A stretch of 64,000 nt of DNA. Origin: the human T2T-CHM13v2.0 reference genome, Homo sapiens. Under the pieces are notes generated by a model. That model made no database searches. It had not been told where the DNA came from and worked only from the letters and a program-made list of their open reading frames with translations. Within the stretch, counting starts at the first letter, position 1; every line of letters starts with the position of its first letter. This document shows positions 1-14,437 of this stretch, piece by piece. The DNA lies in assembly GCF_009914755.1 (NCBI RefSeq), contig NC_060944.1. One strand, written 5' to 3'. The translations under genes and the position numbers were made by a program.

Positions 1-639
1 CAGGATTTAAATTATGCAAAATGCATAATACCAATTAAAGAAATTACGTGTGAAAATATGCAAGAGCAAATTTCCTCACATTAATATTTAACTAGACTTT
101 TTAAGTAGAGCAGCATCTTCTGATCACAAGTACTTTAGTATATTTCACCTACATGGAAGACCAAAATATTCAGGATGGTTCATCAGAAGATTCTAAAAGG
201 GCATTTTCTGTATAATACAAACATTAACACGAGGTAAAACAGCTAACGGAAAGGATTACTTTAAGTGGGATGTTGTGGCCCAGAAAGCATCAGTCTGACA
301 TTGGCCTTACACTTTGGTCTTGTAAAGCTGGCCCGTTCTTGTTTCTCACCCACGGAAATACGTCATGCTCATCTTCACCCTCCGGCCTGTGCTCTAGTAA
401 TAATGTCCTACTAGGACAACCCTCTGATTCCCAGTTACAAATGTTTCCCCTTCCCCAGGAGTCAGTTAGAGCCTACTCAGGACTACTGTGGCCCCTTCCT
501 CTGCACTGACCAGTTATCAGGCCTAATCGCATGGATCTCCGTCAAACACAGATCAGTGACTTTACATTCATGCACTGCTTGTTTCTCCCGCTAGACCAAG
601 AAGCTTTCAAAAAATTGGTATTTTTTGAAATGTCAAAAT

Positions 640-750
640 ATCAAAAAAATATCAGGCTTGTGCCCACACCAGATCCTCTGAATGAGCATCTCAGGAGCAG
701 GATCCAGGCATTTTTTTAAGCTCTCAGGAATTTTACATCCAGGGTTGGGC
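640..750. mobile_element. MER5-like hAT-Charlie remnant
   Basis: cccacaccagatcctctgaatgagcatctc...ccaggcattttttaagctctcagg resembles the MER5 core. Confidence 0.45.
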
Positions 751-865
751 TATGATTTTCTGTATCCTCCAAATGACACCTCTATCCTGCTGGGTGCACT
801 TTGAGAATGCTCAAAAGGGCAAGTACTGTGACCTAACTCCTTCATTTGCCAGCTACCTTCTTCTG

Positions 866-952
866 TGATTCATTCAACCAACACCTAACGACCATCTGCT
901 ACTTGTCAGGTGCTAGTCTACATTAGGGATATATCAGTGAGTAAAGCAGGCA
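866..952 (-). mobile_element. L2 3' end fragment
   Basis: attcattcaaccaacacctaacgaccatctgctacttgtcaggtgct, a typical L2 terminus. Confidence 0.6.
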
Positions 953-1057
953 CCCTCTTATATTTTATCTATATCTGTCTCTGTCTTTAGATCTAAGTCT
1001 ATATCTGTATTATATGGAAAGATCTATCTATATTACATTAAAAAATCTACAGATATA

Positions 1058-1153
1058 CAGTCCTGCATCACTTAACAACGGGGATGCATTCTGAGAAATA
1101 CATCACTGGGTAATTTCATCACTGTGCCAACATCTAAAGTGAACTCAGACAAA
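1058..1153. mobile_element. Tigger3-family terminal fragment
   Basis: TA + cagtcctgcatcacttaacaacggggatgcattctgagaaa matches the Tigger3 end. Confidence 0.8.
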
Positions 1154-1160
1154 TTGACAT

Positions 1161-1409
1161 GTGGTTACCAGAAGCTGGAGTGGTTGTAGGAGAGGGTTGG
1201 GGAAATGTTGGTGAAAGAATGCATATTTACAGTGATACAGAAGGAACAAGTTCAAGGGATCTACTGTACAGCATGGTGACTATACTTAATGATGATATAT
1301 TGTATTCTTGAAAAATGCTGAGAGAGTGGATGCTAGGTGTTCTCACCACAAAATGATAACCATGTGAGATAATGCATTTGTTAATTGGCTAGATTTAACC
1401 ATTTCACAA

Positions 1410-1451
<42 letters not shown>

Positions 1452-1565
1452 AAATAGGTGCCTATCTAATGCGATGCTCAGTGTATATATATACATACAT
1501 ATTATATATATATACATGATGAATATATACAATTTTCCACATCAATTTTAAAAATAAATAAATTT
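1161..1565 (+). mobile_element. L1MA-type 3' end containing a (TG)n(TA)n microsatellite at about 1409-1450
   Basis: gtggttaccagaagctgg...gatctactgtacagcatggtgactatacttaat...tgttctcaccacaaaatgataacc, then an A-rich tail. Confidence 0.85.
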
Positions 1566-2080
1566 GATAAATCACACCTTGAAAAAAAATTCTATGACGG
1601 AACTTGTAATGGTGTCTTGGCATGATTCTGTGATGATAAATATATCTGGATTCCTAGCTTTTTTAATTACACAGAAAATAAAATATTAAAGCCAAAATCC
1701 TCTGGTTTATCTCTTTTGCAAGCTACTCTGCACCATTCTTTCACATAAAATTGGAGTAGGGTGGGAGGAGAACCACCAGCAGCGGCAAAATGAGGTCTTC
1801 TCTAACAGGTGAGATGTTAGAGGTTAATCCCTAAGCTTGGTGCACAGCCTTTGTTTATTTCTTAGCCAGTTGAGGAGCCAGTATCATTATCAGAAGGGAA
1901 TTTAGGAAAAAGCAAGAAGGTGATGAAGAATGAGAGGGAGGAAGAAAAGAAGGAAAAGGAACAAACTTCCAGCTTCTCACAATTCCCTTCTGAAAGACGT
2001 ACACTGCCCATGGCAAGGCACGCTGGTGAGTAGGTAAAGACCATCCCCTAATGAGTAGGCTCCTTGCTTCTCCTAGGATA

Positions 2081-2224
2081 TGGGTTAAGTAACCCCAATC
2101 TGAAAATCCAAAATCCAAAATGCTACAACATCCCAAATGTTTTGAGTGCCAATGTGATGATCAATGGAAATGTTCACTAGAGCATGTTGGATTTCAGATT
2201 TCCAGATTAGAGATGCTCAACCAG
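2081..2224. mobile_element. Tigger4/MER46-type MITE (quasi-palindromic)
   Basis: Ends ggttaagtaacccc / gagatgctcaacc; internal aatccaaaatccaaaatgct versus agcatgttggatttcagattt. Confidence 0.75.
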
Positions 2225-3357
2225 AAATAAAACCTGCTTTTTATGGAGAAGAGAGAATATAACCCCCTTCCACCTTGTATTAATCAAATATTCACTCCAA
2301 TCACTAAACCCAAATTTGTCTAATAAATCAAACTGTTCAAACTACTGCTTATGCCATGAGTAATGACAATATGTCAAAGAAAACACTGGTACAGAAGGGA
2401 GTTTCTTCCCTGGCTGTGCAGTAAACTTGGTGAAAAGGAGGGAAACCACAACCCAGACACAGGACAGGTGACTGAATAAATTGTCCTCTATGAACCCAAA
2501 GAGTTAATATTTTGTAAAACCATCTGCCACTCAAGTCCTGTCTCATCCCGTCCCTTTGAGAGTTCACACCATTTATATCGTAACAGAACACTTTACATGA
2601 ACGCCAGCTCCAAAGGGGTCCCCAAACCTCTAATCAATTTGGCCTGGATATAAATGTGTATCTTGGTTGTATAAATACTACTATGGGCAACAATACTTTA
2701 CACAAGTATTCCTGTAATTGATACACTGCACTTTGACATTATTAACATATCTTTAGCTAGATAAATTACCCAGTAAATCAAAAGGGCTCATTCACTCAGA
2801 TTATGCAGGAGAGGACTGCTCCAAAGCCCAAATATAATTTTGAATGTTGACTGCATATGGCCCCAATAGTTTATTAAAATAAGGAATATAATCCATTTTA
2901 TAAAGAGAAATTACATTAGAAAGACTTTTATAAGTAAAGCATATGTGGCTAAGGTTATAGAACTTGTCAAGGAAATGTGAAGTTCAAGATACAAAATAAA
3001 TTGTGTTTGCTGATCTGGTCCATTAATAGAAAAGCAGTAAACCAAATACAATGTAACGTACACATGCAACACTTTCCAATCACACACATCAATTAGGTTT
3101 GCTAATATGTGCAGTGCAAGCCAGCTATCTAAACATCTAACTTCTCACAACTACAGTCAGGAGTCAAAAGGAAACAAACTCTTTCCTAAGCCATTACAAA
3201 CTTCAACTATAAAATCTCACATCTTTCATTAGTTAAAAAACTATTTACATGTTGTAAACTGGATACAATCACTTTGGAAAACTATTTGGCAGTGTCTTCT
3301 ACAGTGAAATAATATCCACATCACATGACCCAGCAGTTCCACCCCTAGGCCCTATGG

Positions 3358-3697
3358 TAGAAGTCAGCCAACTATGGCTGAAGGCCAAATAAGGCTGTCT
3401 GCCTGTTTTTGTATGGCTGGAATGCTAAGAGTGATTTTTATATTTTCAGATGGTCCAAAAAAAAAAATCAAAAGAAGAATATTACTTCATGATGTGTAAA
3501 GTGTATAAAATTCCAATTTCAATGCCCATAAAGCTTTATTGGAATACATGTTCCATGTTCATTCATTTACAAATTGCCTGCTGCTTTTTGCTATCATGGT
3601 GTAGTACCGTGGAGTACTTGCGACACAGGTGGCGCGGGCCAAGAAGAAGGAACTGATTACTACCTAGCCTTTCGGAGCAGCAGTTTGCTGACCTCTG
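3358..3697. mobile_element. MER58B (hAT-Charlie) inserted in an L1ME-type fragment (about 3250-3750)
   Basis: gtcagccaactatggc...cctgtttttgtatgg...ataaagctttattggaa...gtttgctgacctctg. L1 sequence resumes on both sides. Confidence 0.8.
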
Positions 3698-4137
3698 CAT
3701 TATGCATACATGTTCACTGAAAGACATGCTAAAAAATGTTCATAGTTTTACACAGTTACATAAAATTCCATTTTTTTGTATCTACTTTAATGTATGTAAC
3801 CTGTCCACTGTTCGTGGGCATTTAAATTGCTCTCAGAACCTTTGCATTCATTAGTTATTGCCAACAATGCTGAGATGAAAAACGCTGCACATACCTTGAA
3901 CCTTTCAGTGCTAGCTGAGAGAAAGCACAGACATTCATGATTGATTCTCATTTACATGTCAGAAACAACAAAAAAACCTTCCTTGAAGCTTCTATTCTAA
4001 ATAAACTAAGTTCTTTACTGAACTCAACTGAGGGCAAAAGCCTCCTCTGTTTCCAGCGTCTCAGCATAGTGTTAGTTATCACACATGCATTTACTATAGA
4101 TTGTGAACGGAAAAAGGGAAATACGAATATATTAGCA

Positions 4138-4310
4138 GGCCAGGCATGGTGGCATGCACCTATAGTCCTAGCTACTCAGCAGGCTGTGGCAGGAAGATCA
4201 TCAGCCTAAGAGTTCCAGGCTGCAGTGAGCTATGATTGCACCACTGCACACCAGCCTGGGTGACAGCGAGACTCTGTCTCTAAAGGAAAGAAGGAAAAGA
4301 AAAAAAAAAG
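4138..4310 (+). mobile_element. Alu right monomer (FRAM/AluJ-like)
   Basis: Monomer with A-rich tail; degenerate TSD gaatatattagca / gaatacatgagca. Confidence 0.9.
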
Positions 4311-4501
4311 AATACATGAGCACATATATTTATTTGTTTTTATTGCCATTTTTCCCCAAAGAAATCTATAATAAATGCACACATGATAACTAACATTCTG
4401 TACTCCTGGACCCTGGGAGCAGGAAATCTTTGGCCTCAGAAATATATATACATCTATATTTATTCATTCTTATTTATTCATTTGTATTCAGACATGTATA
4501 T

Positions 4502-4504
<3 letters not shown>

Positions 4505-4535
<31 letters not shown>
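4505..4535. repeat. (GT)n microsatellite
   Basis: About 15 GT units. Confidence 0.95.
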
Positions 4536-4538
<3 letters not shown>

Positions 4539-6581
4539 AATCTAAAGTCATTCTAAGCAGGGACTTTATGAAACTAATTTTATTTTTAAGTGAGCAATTT
4601 GAGTAACAAAAAAAAAAAAATCACAAATGGCCTAGAATTCTAAGTGCTCTCAAATGGCATAATCAGGAGCAGCCTTGATGACCTTTTTCTGAAAATGTGG
4701 ACTTAAATGTCCGAATCAGGTTTTTGTCCAGGTCAGCACTTTTAGCAGGGAAAGGCATGTCAGGGCCATTTTTACAGAACCAACGAGGTGCTTACACGGT
4801 GACACTAAGTCCAGAGCAGTGTGACTCAGGACAGTGTGCAAAGTGCTTGCTGCCATTCCAGAGTAAGTGCCAAAATTAAAGGCAACCATTGAGAAACTTC
4901 AGTGCAATTTGACAGAGTAATTTTATAAACATTGCATCTAATAAAATACTGGGGCTTCCATTTTTTGTGTCTCTCTTTTTTTCTACTTTATTATGTTAGT
5001 AGTTCCTTTTTATTGTGCTTTACAGAAAAGTTAGTGTGTGATGGATTAAAATATGAAAAAATAAAACCCTGTATTTGGTCATAGACAGTGTAGACAACCT
5101 CCTCTTCCTGTTGAATTCCTCCAGAATGGACAGCCTATGAGAGTGCAGAAGCCTGCTGTTGCTGCCTTTATTTCTTCAATGTCCCATAAAAAGTGTAAGA
5201 GCCAGAAAAAAGGAAGTTGTCACCTTTAATAAAAACAAAATTTACCCTTGTGTACCACTTAAACCATGAGAAAACAATCAAGAAAGCTAAAAGTTCACTT
5301 CATTGCTAAAAGGTGAATTCAAAAGTTTAGAATAAACTATAAAGGCAGTTCCACTGTGGTCTTAATGAGAACAATGCCAAGCATTAGCTTATTCCAACTT
5401 TGGCAGACCTGTGGTCATTATCAAAACACCAGATCGGGGTTAGTTTTTACTTTAATTAATCTAATGAACCGGCTGTCTGGCTTCAGTAGACATTTTTTAA
5501 ATGTCACTGCGTACCTTGAGGCTGCAGCTGAACTGGTGGCATGTTCCCCTGCACCATCTTGATTCCATTAACTCTTGCCTACAGTGACATTTTAAGTCTG
5601 CATCCTTACATGCCTTGATAATGTAGTAAATTTGTGCTTTATTAACCCAATTAAAATACAGAAATGTTAGGTAACGGAAATCAACAAAATTAAAACAATT
5701 CCTTAAAACAGACTAGATCTTTAATTCAAAAATATATATATGAAACTACAGCTTCCAGACTTTGGTAACCTAAAAAGTCCCTGGATTCTAATGTTAAATT
5801 CTAAACAGGGAAAATGCTGATCTAATCATAAGAGAATATACTATTTAAATCCTAGGTATTGTGTTAATTTAGGCTTAAACATCAGTAGGCACGCTAGGTC
5901 GAATTGTGAATTTCTGAAGACTTTGCAGAGTAAACAATAAATGCTCCTACACAAAACTTGCAGGCAAATTTGAAAAAATACTTGGACTCACAATAATCTA
6001 TCCTGCACTAGAATAAATTCACCCATATTCACCAACTCTACTCCCACATTTTCAGAACAAGGACCCTGTCTTTTCTAACTTTTTCTTCCCAGTGCTGAGC
6101 ACAGGGCAGGCACTCAAATATAAAATGACTGCTCCCTTGGAAACTAAGTGAGCATTTTGTAAATTGTTTAAATGACAGGCCACACTTGCAAATAGGAAAT
6201 GAGAAAAGAGTTTAATACATCTCTTCAGGGGCTTATCTGATTCACCTTAGATGTGGGCCACGTAGAACATCTGCACTTTAAGTTCCTCTTGTTCTAAAAA
6301 GATCTACTATGGCCTAAAAACTCTACTCTTAAGTTAGCCAAGGAACTAGACAATTGCAGCTAAGTAATAAATCAGGCTCATTCTGATGTTAAAAAAAAAA
6401 AAGTTCCTTTTTTTTAATCACTTTCTTGAACTAAGATCACAGATCTGCCACCTGCCTTCAACTCTGCAGATCGTGGGGCGTGGGGTAAAGGGGTCCTAGA
6501 GGATGACCTGCAACGTCACTAGGAAAAGAAAAGGTGTGACAGAAACTTATACTGGAAAAGTCCAATAAAAATGCCTATTGC

Positions 6582-6709
6582 GGCTGGGTGCAGTGGCTCA
6601 CACCTGTAATCCCAACATTTTGGAGGCCTGAGGCAGGAGGATAATTTGAGGCCAGGAATTTGAGAGCAGCCTGAGCAACAAAGTAAGATCCTGTCTCTAT
6701 TAAAAAAAA
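6582..6709 (+). mobile_element. Alu left monomer (FLAM_C/AluJ-like)
   Basis: ggctgggtgcagtggctcacacctgtaatccc...ctgtctctatt plus A tail. Confidence 0.9.
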
Positions 6710-6913
6710 ATTAATTGAAAAAAAATGTCTACCCCAAGCTCTAATAAAAACTCTGGCTTAAGATGGCAACTGCTAAAGCCATAAGCAGCTGTTTCATCCT
6801 CATCTATTTCTGTTTTAGATGAAATGTAAACTAAATTCAATATTTCTAACAAACTAGAAATATTGGTTATATGGGCCATACCCTGAGGAGTTTTATCGAT
6901 AAAACCATTGACA

Positions 6914-7045
6914 AGCCAGGCATGGTGGTAGGCACCTGTTGTCACAGCTACTCAGGAGGCTGAGGTGAGAGGATCACTTGGGCCCAGAAGCTTGAGTCTA
7001 GCCTGGGCAACACAGCAAACATAACAAGACTCTGTCTCTTTAATA
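6914..7045 (+). mobile_element. Alu monomer (FLAM-like)
   Basis: agccaggcatggtggtaggcacctg...gcctgggcaacac. Confidence 0.85.
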
Positions 7046-7654
7046 ACAAAACAGAACATGGACAGGTGTGTGAAGTAAAACACAAAACCAGCAAGCTTAA
7101 GACAGGAAGATTTCTATCTGTGCTTCTTCCTACCTCCACTGCCAATTGTTGGCAGAAATTCTTTTCTGAAGTATCCTGGGCTAGGTCATCATCCCAACCC
7201 AACCATCCCCATTGATATTGCTCTTTCTCCACCAGTTCTCACTCAGTCATCATCACAGCCATCTCCACAGGGTGGAGGAACAGGCCATTGCACACTGTGT
7301 CTTGGCACATGGTGGAGGTAACGGGAAGGGACGGAAAGAAAGCTGTGCACAGTGTCCTACAAAGAAGAGAGTTTTTCATGCTGTGTTTATGCTAAGATAA
7401 AAAATGCAGATGCTTCCACGTATTATGGATAAATCCTCCTTTAAATAATCCCATAAGATATTATGGGAATAAGCCTTTCCTTATGAGAAAGACAAGCCAA
7501 ACTAGACAAATGAAGAATCTGGCAAAGTGTAGACCACCTAGCCCAGTCCTTCAGCTCATGACCTCACACAGATTTCTAACAGTAAGAAGGTAGGCAGTGT
7601 CAGAGAACAAAGAAAATCCTCCTGGGCCTGGACAGGCCACTCCTCAGCCAGGCA

Positions 7655-7815
7655 AAAGCAAAAGCAAACAACCATCAAAAGCAAAACAAACAACAAGCAA
7701 CAATAATAATACCAACAAACATCAACCAACATCAATGACCATAAACAGCAAGCAACAACCACTGGCAAACAATTTAAGTAAGCAACAATAGCCCACGACA
7801 AGAGCCAACAACAAC
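7655..7815. repeat. CAA-rich low-complexity tract; (AG)n follows at about 7966-7992
   Basis: Degenerate CAA/AAC units. Confidence 0.8.
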
Positions 7816-7966
7816 AGAGCTCTCCTAGCAAAAAGATTTTCGAAAGCAAAATAAAGGGAACAGCATATTCAAGATAGCAGAAATGAAGTGTTTTGCTCTA
7901 TTCTGCTTACAATAAGAAGCTAGTCCAAGAAAACATGACCTTAAGAAAAACAGATAGAAATATGAC

Positions 7967-7997
<31 letters not shown>

Positions 7998-9679
7998 AAA
8001 CAATTGACATGTGAGTGGAAACTCAGAATTAGATTCTATATTAGAAGGAGAAAGAATACAATCTACACTTCAAATAATCAAATGGGTAAAATCAGAAAGC
8101 AAACATGAAATGCAGTCATAGAATGAAAGTGTCAAGAATAAATAGATGAAAATAATGTAGGAGAAGATAACAGACACAGAGAAAGAAAAAATGGAAATTG
8201 TCAATGAAACGTAATGGGAACTGCAGAGGAAAGCGAAAGAATAAATGAGGGACAAGCTACACTGAAAGAGTCAATGGAAATGAGCTGAAAAGAGGCCAGC
8301 ACCTGACCAAAAAAGGGGGTCTCTGAATAGGAAGGCAAAAGGACGGAAAGACCTGCTGAAAATTTTAAATTTTAAAAATAAAATTGTAAATCCTATAGTA
8401 TCAACACAAAAACAGAGAATGTTTACAAAAGAAAAAAAATGTTACGCCAATGAAAGAATGTCCCTTGGCAATACTGAGCTCCAGAACATAAGAAAGTGAC
8501 TTTCACAGCAGTTTGAGGGGAAAAGATCAAGAGCAAAATAGTTCTTCACTCACATAGTTCTTCATGTGCAAAAGTAGCAAAATCACCAAAAGAAGGTCCA
8601 CAAACTTGCTCTGAAAACAATGACTCTGAGATGATAAATAACAGACAACCTAAACAAAGAACCAAAGAATAGAGGTGGGAGATGGTCTAAACCGAGTGGA
8701 AGCAAGCATTAAAACCAGTTCAAAATAAAGGCTGATCTCAATAGTTGTTGGAAATAAGGTTATAAAACTGAATGCAATGTCAAAATAGGTAAATTAAATA
8801 CAATTATGAATAACAGGATATAGAACCCCTTATCAAATAAACAACAGTTAAATGGATGGAAGGTGGGTGAGAAAATTACTGGAAAAATAGTTGCTAAGAC
8901 AGAGCCACCTTGACATGACTTGCTTCAACAAACATTCACTGAGCACCTCATGACACATGGGTGCACCAGGGCACATGAAAGTGAACCAGAAATATAGTTT
9001 TTAATGAGGATAACTATAAGAATGAACAGCAGAAATACTAGAAGAAAATCGAAAGAATTAAGAGGAAAAAGAAAAGACAGATCATAAAAATGCTTGCTTT
9101 CAGAAAGCATATTATATAAATTAATATACTATGGACAGGCTGGGCCATGGTACAAGAATGGCAAACATACGCTTTTCAAAAATTATAAATGTGATCCAGC
9201 CTATTTCAATATTTCCATAGATTGGTAAAGTTTATGAGCATTTGGTCAAAAATCCAATTTTATAGATCTATTTTATAGATCTTTGCTAATTTAGATCACA
9301 AAGAAAATATATAGCAAGCTAGAAAAGACACAAATACCTATACACACGCCTCAGTATTGGTGTTTATGCAACTTGGGGCTGGACTCATCTCAAAAGAAAT
9401 GAACTTTACAAATAAGCCCCAACTCTACCATGTAACATCTTCACTCAGAGCTCAAAGAGCTATCAGTTGCCTTCAGCTTAAAGTACCAAAATGCCAGGTC
9501 AGCCTGAGGGTTGGCAAAGTTCTACCGCAAAAGCTTTCCCAGCATGAAGCAGACAAAGGAGTACAGAAGAGCCAAGGACCTGAGAACCCTGAGCACATTC
9601 ACAGACAGACATGCACACACCTCCCCACCTGCCCCACAGGCTGTTCCTCCGCTCCAGTCCTCCACGTCCCACGTGCCTT

Positions 9680-9830
9680 GTTACTATTCTCCCTGTCTGA
9701 CTGTATTGTCACGACGTGCTGTCTCCCTCTCTGGGCTGTGAGTTTCATGAGAAAAGGGGCAGCATCTCACTGGGGTTTGGAACCACAGCACCTCACAGTA
9801 CCTGGTGTATGGTACACTCAACATGCAGTG
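9680..9830 (+). mobile_element. L2 3' fragment
   Basis: ctgtctccctctctgggctgtgagtttcatgag...cacagtacctggtgtatggtacactcaa. Confidence 0.65.
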
Positions 9831-11643
9831 TCAGGATGAGCTGAGCTTTAAGCAAGAAGAGATGCTCAACAGCAAGAGGAAACAAACAGAGTCATATTTG
9901 AGATCTGGATTTTGATGACAGGAGTTCAAAACCAAAGAGACTTGAATGTGCCACTCTTTGAACACAGATAAACAGTAAAATGATGTGAGCAGGTTATAGT
10001 TTACTATTTTTCACCCAAGACTGTCACAATTTGTTTTAAGTGACAGGTGATGTGAGTGTATGAAGAGAGTGCCGCGCATCTTCTGTCATACCTGCGCGTT
10101 TACAGACAGGTCTGGGTCAGTCAAAATCTCAGTATCAGTGTTTCTTCCACATTATATGGAAAAATAAGCTTGTCAGCACAGACTCTGCAAGCTGCCTTCC
10201 AAGCTCATATAGAATGTACGTCTGGAAAATACAAATGAGAAAGACTGAAATAGAGCAAGTCGTTCAGCGTCGCATGTGGCTAATGTCTTTAGGGAAAACA
10301 TTTCTATAATTGTAACTTCCTTATTTGGCCTTCTGATGGGAGACATTTATAGCAGCAAATGTACGATGCTGCTAGACTTGGGAGACATAAAAACACATTT
10401 CATAGAATAATGAGAGACAGAAAAAAAAATGGAGCTCCTCTAGCCACTTGGAAAGTTTACGAAGCATACAGAACTACACTTCTCTTAGTATTTAAATTTT
10501 CACTAATGGTGATTCCTGATAAATCATAAATGGCCCAAAACAGCACTCCTAAGTAATTTGAAGACTTCTTTCTTTGGATCACTATGCCATTTGCATTAAG
10601 TTGAAATAATTACTACCATGTTAAAAAAAAAAAAAACCACCACCACCACAACAACAACAACAAAATTACTCTGCAGAAGAATGTAGTCAAGTTCATTTAA
10701 GCTCTACCTTGTAGACTTGGAAAACAGAAGTCAGGAGAGAAAGCAACACTAAAGCAACATTAAACCAACTTCGTATTCATGTCACCCTATCCAGTGCTGT
10801 CGAAGATTATATATCCAATACACGCTAAAGATTCCTGATATTTGTAGAAATACTGGGGACCAAACTTTTTTTTATTCAGGCCTTGGTTTTATTTACTTTA
10901 ATATTCAGTATTTTAAAGCTAAGCTCATGTTTACCTATTTTAAAAGGAATATGTAGAATCTATCCAGACTCTAGAAAAGGTATGGGCACTGCTCACACCT
11001 GACTCTTCCTTCTTGTCCTAAAAAGCATGAAAAGCAGCTGGAAGAGTAACTAGAACCTCTTTATGTTTACTCAAATAACATGAGTAAGTGAAGGGACACC
11101 CACAACATCAGAACTGATGGCATGGGAGGGGGGCACCAGGTAAGAATGGGTGGGTCTGTAAGTAGCAGACCCAGAAACCACCAGCAAATATTCACCAACA
11201 GGAGGAGAGGGGCTCAGGCTCAGTAGGAACTGCTCTGAGAGGATCTGAGAATGAACAGGGTGGAGAAGGGAGCAGTGAGAAAAGCAGACAGAAACGTCAT
11301 GGAAAGTGAACAAAGAGTCCAGAGAAATTGCAAATTCAGCAGCAAAAGAAGCTACAGGATATTGAGAAACTGAGAAGGCTGCCCTAAGTCTTCCAACCTC
11401 ACAGGACCCTCATGCTAACAGAAAATTCAGAAAAATACAAATAATTTGAATGTGAGCAAAAAAGTAAGTAAAACTGCCATAACCCCTATAAGAAAAAAAA
11501 AAAAAACTATTGTTTCTCAGAAGCAGAAGAAAATGCACCAGAAAAGTATATCCACAAAGCTAGAAAGCTGCAGTGAAACATCCTAAAACTTCAAAGACAT
11601 GACCGGAAACAGGGATGCAGAAGAAAATGCATAGAACTCAGGA

Positions 11644-12031
<388 letters not shown>

Positions 12032-12159
12032 TCAATCTGTAAATACACATGTGTGGCAACCAGATAGCCATTTAGAAAAAGATAAAACTGATGCCATACT
12101 TTACATATTTCACATGGGATTAACTCTAAATAGACCAAGTTCCAATATAAAATATGAAA

Positions 12160-12380
12160 CTAGCCTGGGCAACATAGTGAGACCCTATCTTTACCAAAAA
12201 AAAAAAAAAAAATTACTCAGGTTTAGTGGTATGCACCTGTAGCCCCAGCTACTTGGGAGGCTAAGGTGGGAGGATAACTTGAGCCTAGGAGCTCAAGGCT
12301 GCAGTGAGCTATGATCATACCACTGCGCTCCAGCCTGAGCAGCAGTGAGATCCTGTCTCAATCAATCAATCAATAAGATA
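12160..12380 (+). mobile_element. 5'-truncated AluJ
   Basis: gcctgggcaacatagtgagacc...aggctgcagtgagctatgatc, with an (aatc)n tail. Confidence 0.9.
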
Positions 12381-14320
12381 AAATATAAACTATATAAAAT
12401 AAATGAAAAAATTAATTGTACTAGAGAAAAAATTTCTAATTATAACTCAAACTCCAGAAGCCATAAAATAAAATACTATAAATTTCACTATAAAAACTAA
12501 TCTGAACATACTATATGTTTTAATAAATATACATACACATACATCTATAAATACAAACTTCTACATGATTCACATCCACACACATACAAACACCAAAGAA
12601 GATAAAATGGATAGACAAATAAAACACTGGAAAAAAATATTTACAATATATATTACTGACAAAAGGTCACTACATGAAGAGCCATGAAAATTATGGGAAA
12701 ACGCAATGATCAAAAACACAAATGGAAAAATGGGAGATTTATAGGAACATATTTCACGGAAAAGGAAATGTAATTAATCGGCCCTTAAATAAAAAGCTGT
12801 CTTATTTTCATTCATTAACATTCCAGAAGAGGAATACAAATCAAAACCACCATGATCCATTTCTGATCTATCAGACCAGCAAAATTTTTAGTTTGATAAC
12901 ACCGTTGAAAGGCTGTGGAAAAGCAAAATGGTACAACTCTTATGAAATGGAATTTGGCAATATCTTTCTAAACTAAGATTACTTTATCCTTGATTTGGCA
13001 ATCTCACATCCAGAATTCTAGCCTGTGAACTTGCAGGAAGAAGTACAGATGACGTGCACACACACATGCACACACGCATTATTCTCATCCCTTACGACAC
13101 TGCTTATCTTTCAAATAATTGAAAACAAAAATGCCTAAAACAGAGAAATCTTGGGGCGATCTACAATGTATCTACATAATAATGTACCGTGCACTTGTGA
13201 AAAAAAGGAAAATCTCTAAGAAGATTGGGGACATACTGCTACGTGAATACAGTCATGATGTAGAACAATGTATAGTTTCTTTTTTGTAGCAAGTGTGGAG
13301 GATTAAAATATATATTCATATTTGCTTACAAAAAGCATATTCATATTATTCATATTTTCCATAAGAAAAAACAAATATCAGTAATAATTAAAATGGCTCC
13401 TACTATAGCATACCAGTTTTAAATTTTAGGATTTAAAATTTTAAATTATATATATTTATATATTAAGTTTTATATATAAATAAAAATGTATATATGGATA
13501 TATGTTAAGGTGCGTATATAATATATATTACTTTTATGCAATTCTACAGTCTAAGTCAACATGGAAAGGTATATACAGATAAACCTTACTTTTATTGTTG
13601 TCCCCGTAGATAACCATGGTAGTCTTAATTACATTTATTACTTATTTGATTTATTTGAAAGCTGTTTTGAAACAGCATCAGTAACATTGTAACTAATAAT
13701 AAAATTACTTAATAAAGTTTAAAATACCTTTGTAGATCTTTTTACTCAAATGCTGTTATTAAGGAAGATTTGTCATCAGAGTCCTTTCAAATCAAGTAAG
13801 TAAACAGAATAAACTCTTTTGTTAATGGACTTAGGAATCAAGGCTTTCAGCGTAAAGGAAAACACATAAAATTATGAAATCGAATAAATACAAACACTGT
13901 ATTTATGAAATAAATATCTTAGAAGCAATAGTACCCCAGCAGCGATGAGCACCCTAGTTCTCAGAAGTAGGAATCAGAACTCTCTCAAGAAATAGCTGGT
14001 CTCAACTCTCAGAGAGAAAAGACTCAATATGTGCATGGGACATCTTATTCTGGCAGAAAGCAAGAAAGCTTTCAGAGATTTACAAGTTTGTATAGGGACA
14101 CGGGCTGAAAACAGCCCCTCAACAAAGTTGTGAGTTTGTGCATCCAAAAAGCAGAATGTCTGTCGTTAACTGAAACACACCGAATCCAGGAAATTCATGA
14201 TTCTACAACGATAATCAAAGGAGAAAAAGCCAAAGATGAGGGACATAAATCATTTGTCTTCATTTGAAATGACTATAAAACCAACTTGTTTTTTTAAAAT
14301 ATATTTATAACAAAAACAAG

Positions 14321-14437
14321 AGAGACAGGGTCTTGCTATGTTGCTCAGGCTGGTCTTAAACTTCTGGGCTCAAGTGATCCTCTTGCCTCAGCCTCCCAAA
14401 GTGCTAGGATGACAGGTATGAGCCACTGCACCTGGCC
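14321..14437 (-). mobile_element. Alu left monomer (FLAM_C-like)
   Basis: agagacagggtcttgctatgttgctcaggctgg...ccactgcacctggcc. Confidence 0.9.

Noticed and set aside
1795-1815. Recursive-splice-like motif tcttctctaacag|gtgaga
   Set aside because: On the plus strand, antisense to KIF16B, with no evidence of a plus-strand transcript.
3387-3396. CArG box CCAAATAAGG
   Set aside because: Isolated motif inside MER58B with no supporting context.
7556-7849. Hydrophobic Cys/Leu-rich and Gln/Asn-rich ORFs
   Set aside because: Translation of a CAA-rich low-complexity tract.
9357-9839. Longest ORF in the track (160 aa)
   Set aside because: Non-ATG start, runs into an L2 fragment, no recognisable domain.
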